This document shows, one piece after another, positions 49,890-58,392 of a stretch of DNA of 64,000 nt. The translations under genes were made by a program, and so were the position numbers. Below the pieces are notes generated by a model that was not told the DNA's origin, made no database searches, and worked only from the letters and a program-made list of their open reading frames with translations. The stretch covers positions 96,001-160,000 of the forward strand of contig OZ241875.1 of the NCBI GenBank assembly GCA_965203325.1. Reading direction: 5' to 3'. This DNA comes from a bacterium (GTDB lineage Bacteria; UBA8248). Numbering within the stretch: the stretch's first letter is position 1; every line of letters starts with the position of its first letter.

Positions 49890-51065
49890 CTATAAGAACT
49901 TCATCGAACGAATGCGCATCACCTGGTTCGTTCCGTCGGAATGCAGGAAACTGGTCACGTCTCTCATATATTTCTCCATCGGGGCATCCGTCATGTAACC
50001 GGTGCCGCCCCACACTTCCAACGCGCGCGTGGCGATCCGGTATGACGATTCGGACACGAAACACTTGGTCATGAAACCCATCTTGGGGTCGTATAGGCCT
50101 TCTTGGCCCACCGTCCAGGCGGCGTAGTGGAGCAGCCTCCGGCTCGCTTCGTATTCGGCGAAACAATCCGCCAGCATGAAGCCTATCGCCTGATGCTCGA
50201 TGATCGGCCTGCCCCCCTGAATCCGGCTCCTCGCGTGCGCCAGGGCGTCTTCATAGGCCGCCCGGGCGGTGCCGAGAACGGTGGCGGCCGCTTCGATGTT
50301 CGAGCCGGGAAAGAACTGCCGGCGCGCCTCCATGGCGTGGTTCACTTCCGTGACGCGGTTTTCATCCGGTATCCGGCAATTCTCAAAAATGAGTTCGGCG
50401 TTCAGGGAAAGCCGCTGCCCCATTTTTTCGTGAATCTTCCCGTACCGGAAACCTTCCATGTCCGGCGTGATGAGGAAATACGTCATTCCCTGGGACACGC
50501 CTTTCGCCGGGTCCGTCCGCATGGCGACGATGCAGAGCTTGGCGATTCCGCCGTTGCTGATGTAGCGCTTCTTGCCGTTGGCTATCCAGCCATCGCCGTC
50601 GCGCACGGCGGTCGTCCGAACGCCGGCGTCGGGGCTGTCGTAGGGGACGATGTTGTCAGAACCCGCGGATTCCTCCGTCATCCCGACGGCCATGTGGAAG
50701 CGATGGTCTTCCAGAATGGATTTCAGATAACGCTCCTTCTGGCCGTCATTCGTCAGCTTGTCGAACAGGTGCGATATCTTCCAGGTCTGATCGAACGTGA
50801 CGGCCGTGCCCATATCGCCCCAGGCGAGTTCCTCGCCCACGAGGCAAAGCGTGAGGTTATCGCAGCCCGCACCGCCCAACGCCTCGGGAAGCGCCAGGGT
50901 TCTCAGACCCAGCCTGCTCCCCTTCTCCAGCACCTCCCAGGGGAAACGCTTCATCGGGTCGGGTTCTTTATCCAGCGCCGCCGCCACGGGGCGTATCTCC
51001 TGCGCGGCGAAGTCGTGCGCCCTTTTCTGGAGTTCAACCTGTTCGGGGGTGAGTGTGAAATCCAT
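49890..51065 (-). CDS. Acyl-CoA dehydrogenase family flavoprotein with a non-canonical active site
   Basis: MTE..AGSD, NG.K.YISN, KMG.R, R.Q.G.PI..HQ, GG.GY.....E...RD; FLHSDGT in place of IYEGT. Confidence 0.88.
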   Translation of the reverse strand: MDFTLTPEQVELQKRAHDFAAQEIRPVAAALDKEPDPMKRFPWEVLEKGSRLGLRTLALPEALGGAGCDNLTLCLVGEELAWGDMGTAVTFDQTWKISHLFDKLTNDGQKERYLKSILEDHRFHMAVGMTEESAGSDNIVPYDSPDAGVRTTAVRDGDGWIANGKKRYISNGGIAKLCIVAMRTDPAKGVSQGMTYFLITPDMEGFRYGKIHEKMGQRLSLNAELIFENCRIPDENRVTEVNHAMEARRQFFPGSNIEAAATVLGTARAAYEDALAHARSRIQGGRPIIEHQAIGFMLADCFAEYEASRRLLHYAAWTVGQEGLYDPKMGFMTKCFVSESSYRIATRALEVWGGTGYMTDAPMEKYMRDVTSFLHSDGTNQVMRIRSMKFL

Positions 51066-51268
51066 ATATCATCCTCTCTCTGGTGAGCCGGGCCGTCCGC
51101 CATGCGCCGCCGCGCCCGCGCCAAGCCGCCGTTCAAGATAGTATGGTGCGCCTGATATTATCCCCTCGCACCGGCGCGCGCAATCGGGAACCGTGGTTGA
51201 TGTCCTTCGGGAGAGCAACCCGCCGAACCGGAGAATGGAAGCGCTGTGGGGGAGGTCTTTCGAGCGCC

Positions 51269-51612
51269 CAAATGCGGGCAATTGCGTGGTCTGAAAAACT
51301 TTTTTTAATTCGATAAATTTCGATAATTACCTAATGTGTTACATTAAATTACATCTGTTATTGCATGTTGTATTTGATGATGCCGAGTTGGTTTTCCCCT
51401 CAAACTTTTTCAGGAATTTATCGATATTTATCGTATTTTTCAGTATTGCAAAATCCGTTTCGCTCATTGCTGTTTCAAGAGATTTCATGCCTCTGCTTCC
51501 CATCCGCATCGCCGAAGCTCCAAAGATTTCAGCACCCCGCCTTCATGGAGGGGCGTCCCGAGATTAGCGCAGAGGCGGCAGAAAGAATCTACCGAAAATG
51601 CGGGGAAATGCG
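51269..51612. repeat. Second cluster of 10-bp-phased motifs
   Basis: CAAATGCGGGCAATTGCG at 51269; TTCGATAAAT-TTCGATAATT at 51309; inverted ATTTATCGAT-ATTTATCGTA at 51416; AAAATGCGGGGAAATGCG at 51595. Confidence 0.55.
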
Positions 51613-51649
51613 CGGTTCACTCCGGTTCGTGGGGTCAAATCCGACTGAT

Positions 51650-52082
51650 GAGGGCTTGTTCTAAAAACCTCGTCGGAGGAACATCGCTTCTCCCCCCCTG
51701 ACAAGGGCCGTTGAAAAAGTCCGGTGGAGCGATTTTGGTTGAGCGCACGTTTTTGAATTTCACTCCCCCTTGAGGGGTCTGTTGAAAAAGGCTCCTTTCC
51801 GCTTCACCCTGAGTAGCGGCGAAGCCGCGCGTATCGAAGGGCCTGTCCTGAGCCTGTCGAAGAGGCCCTCCCTCGCCCTGAAAACCAACCCCCCTACCCC
51901 CCCTTGTCAGGGGGGCAAGAAAAAGCAAAACCCCCGCAGCACGGCGAAGGCGCATCGCCTTTTTATACCCCCCTGACAAGGGGGGGTAGGGGGGTTGCCT
52001 TTCCAGTCGAGAGGACATCCTTCGATACGGCGCTTGCGCGCCTACTCAGGATGAGGTGGATAGGGCTTTTCCAACGACCCCT
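51650..52082. mobile_element. Nested TIR-bounded repeat mosaic (MITE-like)
   Basis: Left TIRs at about 51705 and 51773 (AGGGGTCTGTTGAAAAAGG), right GGGCTTTTCCAACGACCCCT at 52063-52082; TGAGTAG doublet 51804-52056 encloses CCCCCTACCCCCCTTGTCAGGGGGG...CCCCCTGACAAGGGGGGTAGGGGGG (51889-51994). Confidence 0.75.
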
Positions 52083-52097
52083 CCCCGCTTGATTTTA

Positions 52098-52829
52098 CTA
52101 CTCGTGATAAATCGCCACGGCGCGCACGGGAGAACCCGTTCCGCCTCGAATCTTGAGCGGCAGGCACGAAAAGATGAACTTCGTGTTCACTACTTCCTTT
52201 AGATTCCCCAGGTTCTCCACGTTCAGCACCTTCCGCTCCCGGCAGACTTTATGCGCCCAGTAGCCCTTGTCGCGAAACGCCTGTGAGGAATCCACGCTCG
52301 GCGAATCGATGCCGACGTTGATGCAGCCCCTGTCCGCCAGCCAGTTCATCGCCGCCTCGGAGAGGCCGGGATAGGTATACAGCCAGTCGTGGTAATCCCC
52401 GCCGTAGTTCGCCTCGTAGTGGCCCGTCCAGATGAGGACTGTTCCCTTCTCGGGTACTTCCAGGTCCGCCCTGGCGCACGCCTCTTCCAGGTCGGCCGGC
52501 TCCATCCAGTCCTCGGTGTTGCAGAATTTCGACATATCCAGGCAAATCGCCTCGTTGTAGAACCACTCGAGGCCCAGTTCGTCGATGGTCTCCCCGTCCT
52601 TGTCGATGTGGTAGAAGGCGTCCACGTGGCTGGGGCCGTGGTCACTCATCACGAGGCAGTTCGACGTCGAGGTATGGCCCGAGGGCGAATTCGCATAGGC
52701 CTTCGCCGTCTCCTCGTGCGTTTTGTTGGGAAAGATGCCCGTCCGCTGGTGGCCGGGGTATACGGGCATGCCGTCAAAAATCTCCTGCGATAAATCCACG
52801 ATGCGAATTGCCATGTCTTTGCTCTCCAT
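52098..52829 (-). CDS. Cyclase family metal-dependent hydrolase (kynurenine formamidase-like)
   Basis: DLS.......MPVYPG, H.PSHVDA..H, PGLS..A..WL, VGIDSPS.D, ENL.NL, PLK...GTGSPVRA.A. Confidence 0.9.
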   Translation of the reverse strand: MESKDMAIRIVDLSQEIFDGMPVYPGHQRTGIFPNKTHEETAKAYANSPSGHTSTSNCLVMSDHGPSHVDAFYHIDKDGETIDELGLEWFYNEAICLDMSKFCNTEDWMEPADLEEACARADLEVPEKGTVLIWTGHYEANYGGDYHDWLYTYPGLSEAAMNWLADRGCINVGIDSPSVDSSQAFRDKGYWAHKVCRERKVLNVENLGNLKEVVNTKFIFSCLPLKIRGGTGSPVRAVAIYHE

Positions 52830-52942
52830 TCGTGAACCGGGTGATGGTTGAAAAAGGGATATTTTGCGGAATCTTACCTAAAAATGTTCGATAAATCTTC
52901 CGGGATAAGGTGAAAAATTTCTGTAAGAGAATAAAGGATTCC

Positions 52943-53508
52943 GTAGGGACGGTTCGCGAACCGCTCCTACAATTGAGATCTATATTTTCCTCATTGCGGC
53001 TCGTACGTTGGGGATTGCGCCCCCTACGCACAATAATCCCCGACAAACGGGTGTTGCGTAGGGACAGGTCGCGACCTGTCCGCTTTTGATATTGATTCGT
53101 CATTCCGGCATCAGTCCCGACTGAGGAAGGAGGGATTGACCGGAATCCAGGCGGACGGGAATCGAAGAAAGCTGGGAATGTGGCGACCCGATAGGGTTGT
53201 GGAGAATTCCCTGGACTTCGGGTTCTTTCATCGGTTCTGGATTCCGGCTTTCGCCGGAATGACGACGAAAAGCGGGCGGGCACGGGGGCGCACTCCCGCA
53301 ATCCGTCTCCAAACACTCCTCACCCTGAGTAGCGGCGAAGCCGCGTATCGAAGGGCGCGCATCGAGGAAAGGGGCAACGGGTATCCTTCGATATGGCGCT
53401 CGCGCGCCTACTCAGGATAAGGGGATTGGGTCCCGTAGGTACAGTCCCCCGCGCCAATCCTGGTTGTATCCATCCTGAAAAAGGACAACCATGGAGGATT
53501 ATCCCTAC
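52943..53508. repeat. Largest repeat mosaic (GTAG-REPs, CGTC doublet, TGAGTAG doublet)
   Basis: REPs at 52943-52970, 53058-53081 and 53483-53508; CGTCATTCCGG (53098) pairs with CCGGAATGACG ending at 53264; doublet at 53318-53422. Confidence 0.8.
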
Positions 53509-53624
53509 GGTTCGAGAATCTTTCATCCCGCAGGAATCTTGCTCGGACCTGAAAATTTTTATCCATTTGCCGACGAATCCGGCTTTCAGGGAATGCCTCG
53601 AATATGCTCGGCGAGAATTGCAGT

Positions 53625-53795
53625 TTAATTGACAGAAATTGAGATGTTAGCGAATTTCAATACAATTTGAATCACAATCAACACGAGAAACATTGCCGTT
53701 CCCCAGCCCATGGCCTTGCTGATCTTGTCTTCGACGGCGCATAGTCGCTCGTCTATTTTATCGAGCCTCTCATCAAGTCGATTGATGCGGTGCAT
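53625..53795 (-). CDS. Small coiled-coil protein with a C-terminal TM helix (56 aa)
   Basis: GGAG RBS then MHRINRLDERLDKIDERLCAVEDKISKAMGWGTAMFLVLIVIQIVLKFANISISVN; AT-rich. Confidence 0.5.
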   Translation of the reverse strand: MHRINRLDERLDKIDERLCAVEDKISKAMGWGTAMFLVLIVIQIVLKFANISISVN

Positions 53796-53854
53796 GGCCT
53801 GCTCCAACCGGCCGATTCGACGCGAGCGGTATACCGAACAATTTCCCAAAACCC

Positions 53855-54625
53855 CTACCCCTCCCTCTCCCACATTCTCCACCTTACGATGATCGCCCCG
53901 AACACCAGGACGAGCACCGCGCTCGCGAGATATGCGGCGCGAACCGGGCCGAACCAGAGGCTGTCCGCGCGGAAGCCGCTCACCGCGGCGCGTCCGAATG
54001 AGTAGAGAACGAAGTAGAGGCAGAAGATGAAGCCCGGCTTGTGGTTCGTGAGCCGCAAGCGTCTTAAGATGAAGAACCACAGGAGGTTCAGGAGAAGCTC
54101 GTATATCATCACGGGGTGCGTCGCCTGTCCGGGAAATTCCCGGCCCGCGATGGAGGTCATCGGAAACTCCACGCCCCAGGGCATCGCCGTCGGCACGCCG
54201 TGCGCATCGCCGTTCATGAAATTGCCGAAGCGCCCGAACACCTGCCCCAGCATGACGGCGGGCGCCACCGCGTCGGCGAACTCCCAGGTGGATACGGCGT
54301 GGTTTCTCAGGTAGAGATAGCCGGCCAGCACGCCACCGATGAGGCCGCCGTGTATGGCCAGGCCCCCTTTCCAGATGGTGAAGACCTCCCACAGGGCGCT
54401 CCGGTAAAACTCCCAGTTGAAGAGGACGTAATACATTCTCCCGCCCAGGATGCCGGCGAACATGACGAGGAGGCCGAAATTCATCACCTCATCGGGCGTG
54501 ATGGGCATCCCCTTTCTCGCGGCTTCCCTCCTCACCAGCCAGACGCCCGCCAGCACGGCGGCGACGTACATGAGTCCGTACCAGCGCAATGCGAAGGGGC
54601 CGATTTCAAATATGACGGGGCTCAA
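53855..54625 (-). CDS. lgt: Prolipoprotein diacylglyceryl transferase
   Basis: RWYGLMY, GGR.YY, W.GGLAIHGG, GRFGNFMN, HP...YE. Confidence 0.95.
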   Translation of the reverse strand: MSPVIFEIGPFALRWYGLMYVAAVLAGVWLVRREAARKGMPITPDEVMNFGLLVMFAGILGGRMYYVLFNWEFYRSALWEVFTIWKGGLAIHGGLIGGVLAGYLYLRNHAVSTWEFADAVAPAVMLGQVFGRFGNFMNGDAHGVPTAMPWGVEFPMTSIAGREFPGQATHPVMIYELLLNLLWFFILRRLRLTNHKPGFIFCLYFVLYSFGRAAVSGFRADSLWFGPVRAAYLASAVLVLVFGAIIVRWRMWEREG

Positions 54626-54689
54626 ATTTCTGATTCCTTGTTGATTGGTATCGCTTACTTAAGAAGTATGTATGCCACGCCCCCTTGAA

Positions 54690-54997
54690 GGGGCTGTTGA
54701 TTAACCCTTAGTCGGGGGAACATCGCTTTATCCCCCTGTTAAGGGGCCGTTCAAAAACCCCTTCTCATCTCAAAGGAGCACCCCCCCTACCCCCCCTTGT
54801 CAGGGGGGCAAGAAAAAGCAAAACCCCTCGCCCGGCGGGGGCGCATCGCCTTTTTTACCCTCCTGACAAGAGGAGCAAGAAAAAACAAACAAAAACCCCT
54901 CTGCCGGCGGCGGGCGTCGCCTTTTTATACCCCCCTGACAAGGGGGGTAGGGGGGGTTGCCTTTATCCCCTGAGGAGGGGGCTGTTTCAACAACCCC
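54690..54997. mobile_element. TIR-bounded repeat mosaic (MITE-like)
   Basis: GGGGCTGTTGATTAA (54690), GGGGCCGTTCAAAAA (54743), right end TTTCAACAACCCC ending at 54997; CCCCCTAC...TGACAAGGGGGGTAGG module 54781-54956 homologous to 51889-51994. Confidence 0.7.
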
Positions 54998-55032
54998 ACA
55001 AGGTTCCAATTGACAGGCCCAAATCCATCCAG

Positions 55033-56115
55033 TTATTTCGGGTGGCGGTAGATCACGCTCTTGGGAAAATAATCCTTCCAGCCAAACCAGAATGCGAGCG
55101 TTGTGGACAGCTGATTCAATCTGGCGCCCGCAAGCGGCCCGTCCACGGCCAGGCCGGTCAGGCGCTGCCAGCGCGAGCCCGTTTTCCTGTCCTTCATGAA
55201 CCTGCACGCTGCGGCGCCCTTGGCCCCGCTCTCCGTGATGAGTTCGAACGCGAGCACCTCGCCCTTCAGGACGCGGTCGAAAACAACCCCCGTGCCCGCG
55301 CCCTCGCAGTAGGTGACGAGAACGTCCCGGCCGGCGAAGCGGTCGTTCACGACGCCCGCGCGGTTCAAGTCAGCGAACGGGTAGACCTTGGCGACCTGCT
55401 CGCCCTTTTCTTTCGGGGAATCGAGCGCAAGGGCCACCAGCAGGGTTTTGGGATGTAAGCGGTTGTCGCGATATTTCTCGGGGATCACGCCGGTTTGGGC
55501 GCTGTAGTAATAGCCCTCATACGGATCGCGCGAGGGGCTTCGGAAGGCGCCCCCCATGCCTTTCAGCTTTTTTTTCAGCACCAGGGTGTCGGGATAGAGC
55601 TGCTTCCATTCGGAATAGCGCATCATGGCGGCGGGGAACGTCTTCAAGCGCTCCCCCTTGAGCGGTCCGATGAGGCCCTCCCCCGTCAGGTGGCTCCAGA
55701 GCGTGTCCGTCTGGCGGTCGTACATGATGAGCACGTTCTTCCAGAGTTTTCCCGAAACGCCGAAGCTGAGCTTCTTGTCCCCCAAGTTACGGTCATACAC
55801 GATGGCCGTGTAGCAGAGCGGTCACCAGGTGACGGAGACGGCGCTCCCACCCACGACGTCGTTCACGATCTCGTGCGAACTGAGCAACGGGACGGAATAG
55901 GCCCGCTTGTCGCCTTTGATGTTGATCCCGATGACCATCTCGTTCGGCTGCATGAAGCCCTCGGCATCTTTCACGCTCGCGTATTCGGGCGCATCGATGG
56001 CGGGGATGCCGTCTTTGGGCAGCAGGGTGCGGATCTCTGTTTCGGGACTCGCGCCCGATAGAGCCGGGAATGTGAGGATGACCAGAGCGAATAGAACGCT
56101 TCTCATCTGCGGCAT
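55033..56115 (-). CDS. DUF3179-like exported protein, probable selenoprotein (Sec at codon 98, UPLC motif)
   Basis: ORF-track pieces 55822-56115 and 55033-55800 are in the same frame and separated only by one TGA: KDGIPAID...RAY...HEIVND...VTW-TGA-PLCYTAIVYDR...FGVSGKL....L.MYDRQT.TLWS..TGE...GP. Confidence 0.88.
55789..55824 (-). promoter_or_regulatory. UGA-Sec codon and candidate bacterial SECIS hairpin
   Basis: TGA CCG CTC TGC TACACG-GCCAT-CGTGTA: 6-bp stem whose loop starts with G 16 nt after the UGA. Confidence 0.65.
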
Positions 56116-56144
56116 GAAATGCTCTCCTCAGGCGGCCTGAGCCG

Positions 56145-57566
56145 TTAGCGTTTGAATCCATGAAGCACGGTGAAAAATGTCCGCTCCCCGCGGTTCGTCC
56201 CGCGCACGATCTGGCCCAGGACGTTTGCGCCCGCCGGGATTTTTTTGAGCAGCGCCTCGATGTCTTCGAGTTTTTCGACCGAGACGCGGACGGGCGTTTT
56301 CCCGTTTCCGGGCAGGCGGTAGGTCAGTTCGCGTATCACCATGCCCTCGCGCAGGCCGTCATAATAGGCCCTGCTGCCCTCATCCACGCTGCTGATATAA
56401 ACGCCGCGGTCGGTTGTCAGATTGCTTTTTTCCTTGAGCTCATCGGTCAGGTTCTCGAGAGCCACGCCGTAGTTTTTCCTGGTCTCGGGTTCATCGACCT
56501 TGGTGTTCCCCGCCAGAGTGCTTGTCGATTCGGGTTCGGGCAGGCGGACCAGCTTGATCTTGAATTTCTTTCTCCGGGCGTCACGCACCACTTCCACGGA
56601 CACGGCGTCTCCCGGCGGCGTCCAGCCCACGAGCCGCTGGAGGTGGGCCGTATCCACGACGCTCGTGCCGCCGAGGCGGACGATGACGTCCCCCATGCGG
56701 ATGCCCGCTCCCTCCGCCGGCCCGTCCTTGAGCAAAGCGCCCACGAGCGCGCCCCTGGCTTTCGGGAGCCCCAGCAGGTAGGCCATGTCCTGGCTGACGG
56801 GCTGGATGGTCACGCCCAGATAGCCGCGCGGGAAGTTCCCGCTCCGTCTTAAGTATTTGATGACGTCTTTCGCCATGTTGACGGGAATCGCGAACCCGAT
56901 GCCGCTGCCGGGCGCGGGGATCGCCGTGTTGATGCCGATGACCTGGCCGTCGATGTTCACCAGGGGCCCGCCGCTGTTGCCCCGGTTGATGGCAGCGTCC
57001 GTCTGGATGAAATACTCATAGCGCGCGACGCCGACGCCGCTGCGCCCGATGCCGCTCACCACGCCCACCGTGAACGTCCTCGTGATGCCGAACGGATCGC
57101 CCACGGCTATCGACCACTGCCCCACCTTCACCTTGTCGGAGTCTCCGAACGTCGCCACCGGCAGCTTGCGGTGCGGCTCGATTTTGATGAGCGCGAGATC
57201 GGTATAACGATCCGTGCCGACGATTTTCGCCCAATGCGCGGACTCATCCCAAAGGCGCACGCGCAGCCTGCGCGTATTGCTGACCACGTGGTTGTTCGTG
57301 AGGATGTATCCCGCCGGGTCGATGATGACGCCCGAACCCGAAGAGAAGGTCGGTATGTTCGGGTGGGGCGACTGGGGAGACTGTTGCGCCGCTCCCTTGA
57401 TTCTCTCCCCTTGTATGCTCACGACGGTCGGCTTCACACTTTCCGCAATACCGGTGAACGCCGCCTCGATCTTCCGCATGTAGTCGATGCCCGGGTTCGC
57501 CTGCGCGGGCGCGGCGAAACCCATGCACAACAGCAGTGCCATTGAAAAGATGAAGCGATGAATCAT
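56145..57566 (-). CDS. HtrA/DegP-type serine protease with PDZ domains
   Basis: GSGVII, LTNNHVV, DLALIK, QTDAAIN.GNSGGPL, RGYLGV; signal peptide from ATG 57566. Confidence 0.93.
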   Translation of the reverse strand: MIHRFIFSMALLLCMGFAAPAQANPGIDYMRKIEAAFTGIAESVKPTVVSIQGERIKGAAQQSPQSPHPNIPTFSSGSGVIIDPAGYILTNNHVVSNTRRLRVRLWDESAHWAKIVGTDRYTDLALIKIEPHRKLPVATFGDSDKVKVGQWSIAVGDPFGITRTFTVGVVSGIGRSGVGVARYEYFIQTDAAINRGNSGGPLVNIDGQVIGINTAIPAPGSGIGFAIPVNMAKDVIKYLRRSGNFPRGYLGVTIQPVSQDMAYLLGLPKARGALVGALLKDGPAEGAGIRMGDVIVRLGGTSVVDTAHLQRLVGWTPPGDAVSVEVVRDARRKKFKIKLVRLPEPESTSTLAGNTKVDEPETRKNYGVALENLTDELKEKSNLTTDRGVYISSVDEGSRAYYDGLREGMVIRELTYRLPGNGKTPVRVSVEKLEDIEALLKKIPAGANVLGQIVRGTNRGERTFFTVLHGFKR

Positions 57567-57668
57567 GGAACCCCCACCATTTTGTTTCCTCAGCGGCTTG
57601 TTATCCTGCAAGATTATACAGGGATGCCCGGTCTTTGAAAGGGCAAGAAGATATATGCTTCCCCGTTT

Positions 57669-57894
57669 GGACTGCTGGAAAAAGCCCTCCTTGATCGGAA
57701 TTGACCACCGCCGTCATTCCGGGCGTCATTGCCACTCCTGTTGTAGGGGTCGCATATATGTTGTAGGGGTCGCATATATGCGACCCGGATTTTTTCACCC
57801 ACCACAAGGGCCGCATATATGCGGCCCCTACACAAACCGTCGCCTCCCGAGTCACGTCAAATTCTCGTTCATCAGGACTTGCTCAACAACCCCC
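57669..57894. mobile_element. TIR-bounded REP mosaic with a 20-bp tandem duplication
   Basis: GGACTGCTGGAAAAAGCCC ... GCTCAACAACCCC; TTGTAGGGGTCGCATATATG twice (57741-57780); inverted partner at 57808-57831. Confidence 0.7.
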
Positions 57895-57933
57895 ACATGA
57901 CGGCAGTATTCTCATAGCACACGCGCACATGAC

Positions 57934-58392
57934 TCACCTAACCTCAAGTATCACTTCAAGTTCCACGGGCGCTCCCAGGGGCAGTTCCGCCACGCCCACC
58001 GCCACCCTGGCGTGCAAGCCCTTGTCGCCGAAAATCTCGCCGGCCAGATTGGACGCTCCGTTCACGACGAGGGGCTGGGCGGTGAAATCCGGCGCAACGG
58101 CCACGTAACCGCTCATCCGCACGATCCTCTCCACGCGCTCCAGATCGCCCAGGGCCGCTTTCGCCTGCGCGATGGCGTTCAGGAAACAGAGCGCCGCGCA
58201 TTCCTGCCCCTGCTCGACCGTGACGTCGAGCGGCACTTTTCCCTCATGAATCATCTTGCCGTCCCTGATGGGAATCTGGCCCGAGATGAACATCAAGGAC
58301 CCGGAGATGACGTACGGCACATAGGCCCCGACCGGCGCGGGCGCATCGGGCAGTTCGATTCCCAGTTCGTTCATTCGCTCGGCGACGCTCAT
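57934..58392 (-). CDS. RidA/YjgF family protein
   Basis: LP....P...YVP, ISGQ.P, F..QP.V.NGAS, HAR.AVG..LP..APVE; start ATG 58392. Confidence 0.9.
   Translation of the reverse strand: MSVAERMNELGIELPDAPAPVGAYVPYVISGSLMFISGQIPIRDGKMIHEGKVPLDVTVEQGQECAALCFLNAIAQAKAALGDLERVERIVRMSGYVAVAPDFTAQPLVVNGASNLAGEIFGDKGLHARVAVGVAELPLGAPVELEVILEVR

Noticed and set aside
25130..51269. Prophage or ICE as the explanation of the low-GC block
   Set aside because: No integrase, phage or conjugation genes, no tRNA at the borders, and the block contains secA
51641..51678. Hammerhead ribozyme (CTGATGA)
   Set aside because: No correctly placed GAAA or three-stem junction; the sequence is part of a repeat hairpin
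52943..53508. CRISPR array in the repeat-dense spacers
   Set aside because: The repeats are heterogeneous, inverted and irregularly spaced, with no constant repeat-spacer period and no cas genes
51635..53632. Short ORFs inside repeat mosaics (also 17653-18073, 24539-25184, 54800-55207, 57565-57900)
   Set aside because: Translations of the palindromic repeats (VGAAYMRP, PPYPPCQGG, RHSGESRNP), not credible proteins
55822..55824. DUF3179 as a nonsense pseudogene or two separate genes
   Set aside because: The only lesion is a TGA at a conserved Cys position followed by a SECIS-like hairpin; Sec readthrough explains it better
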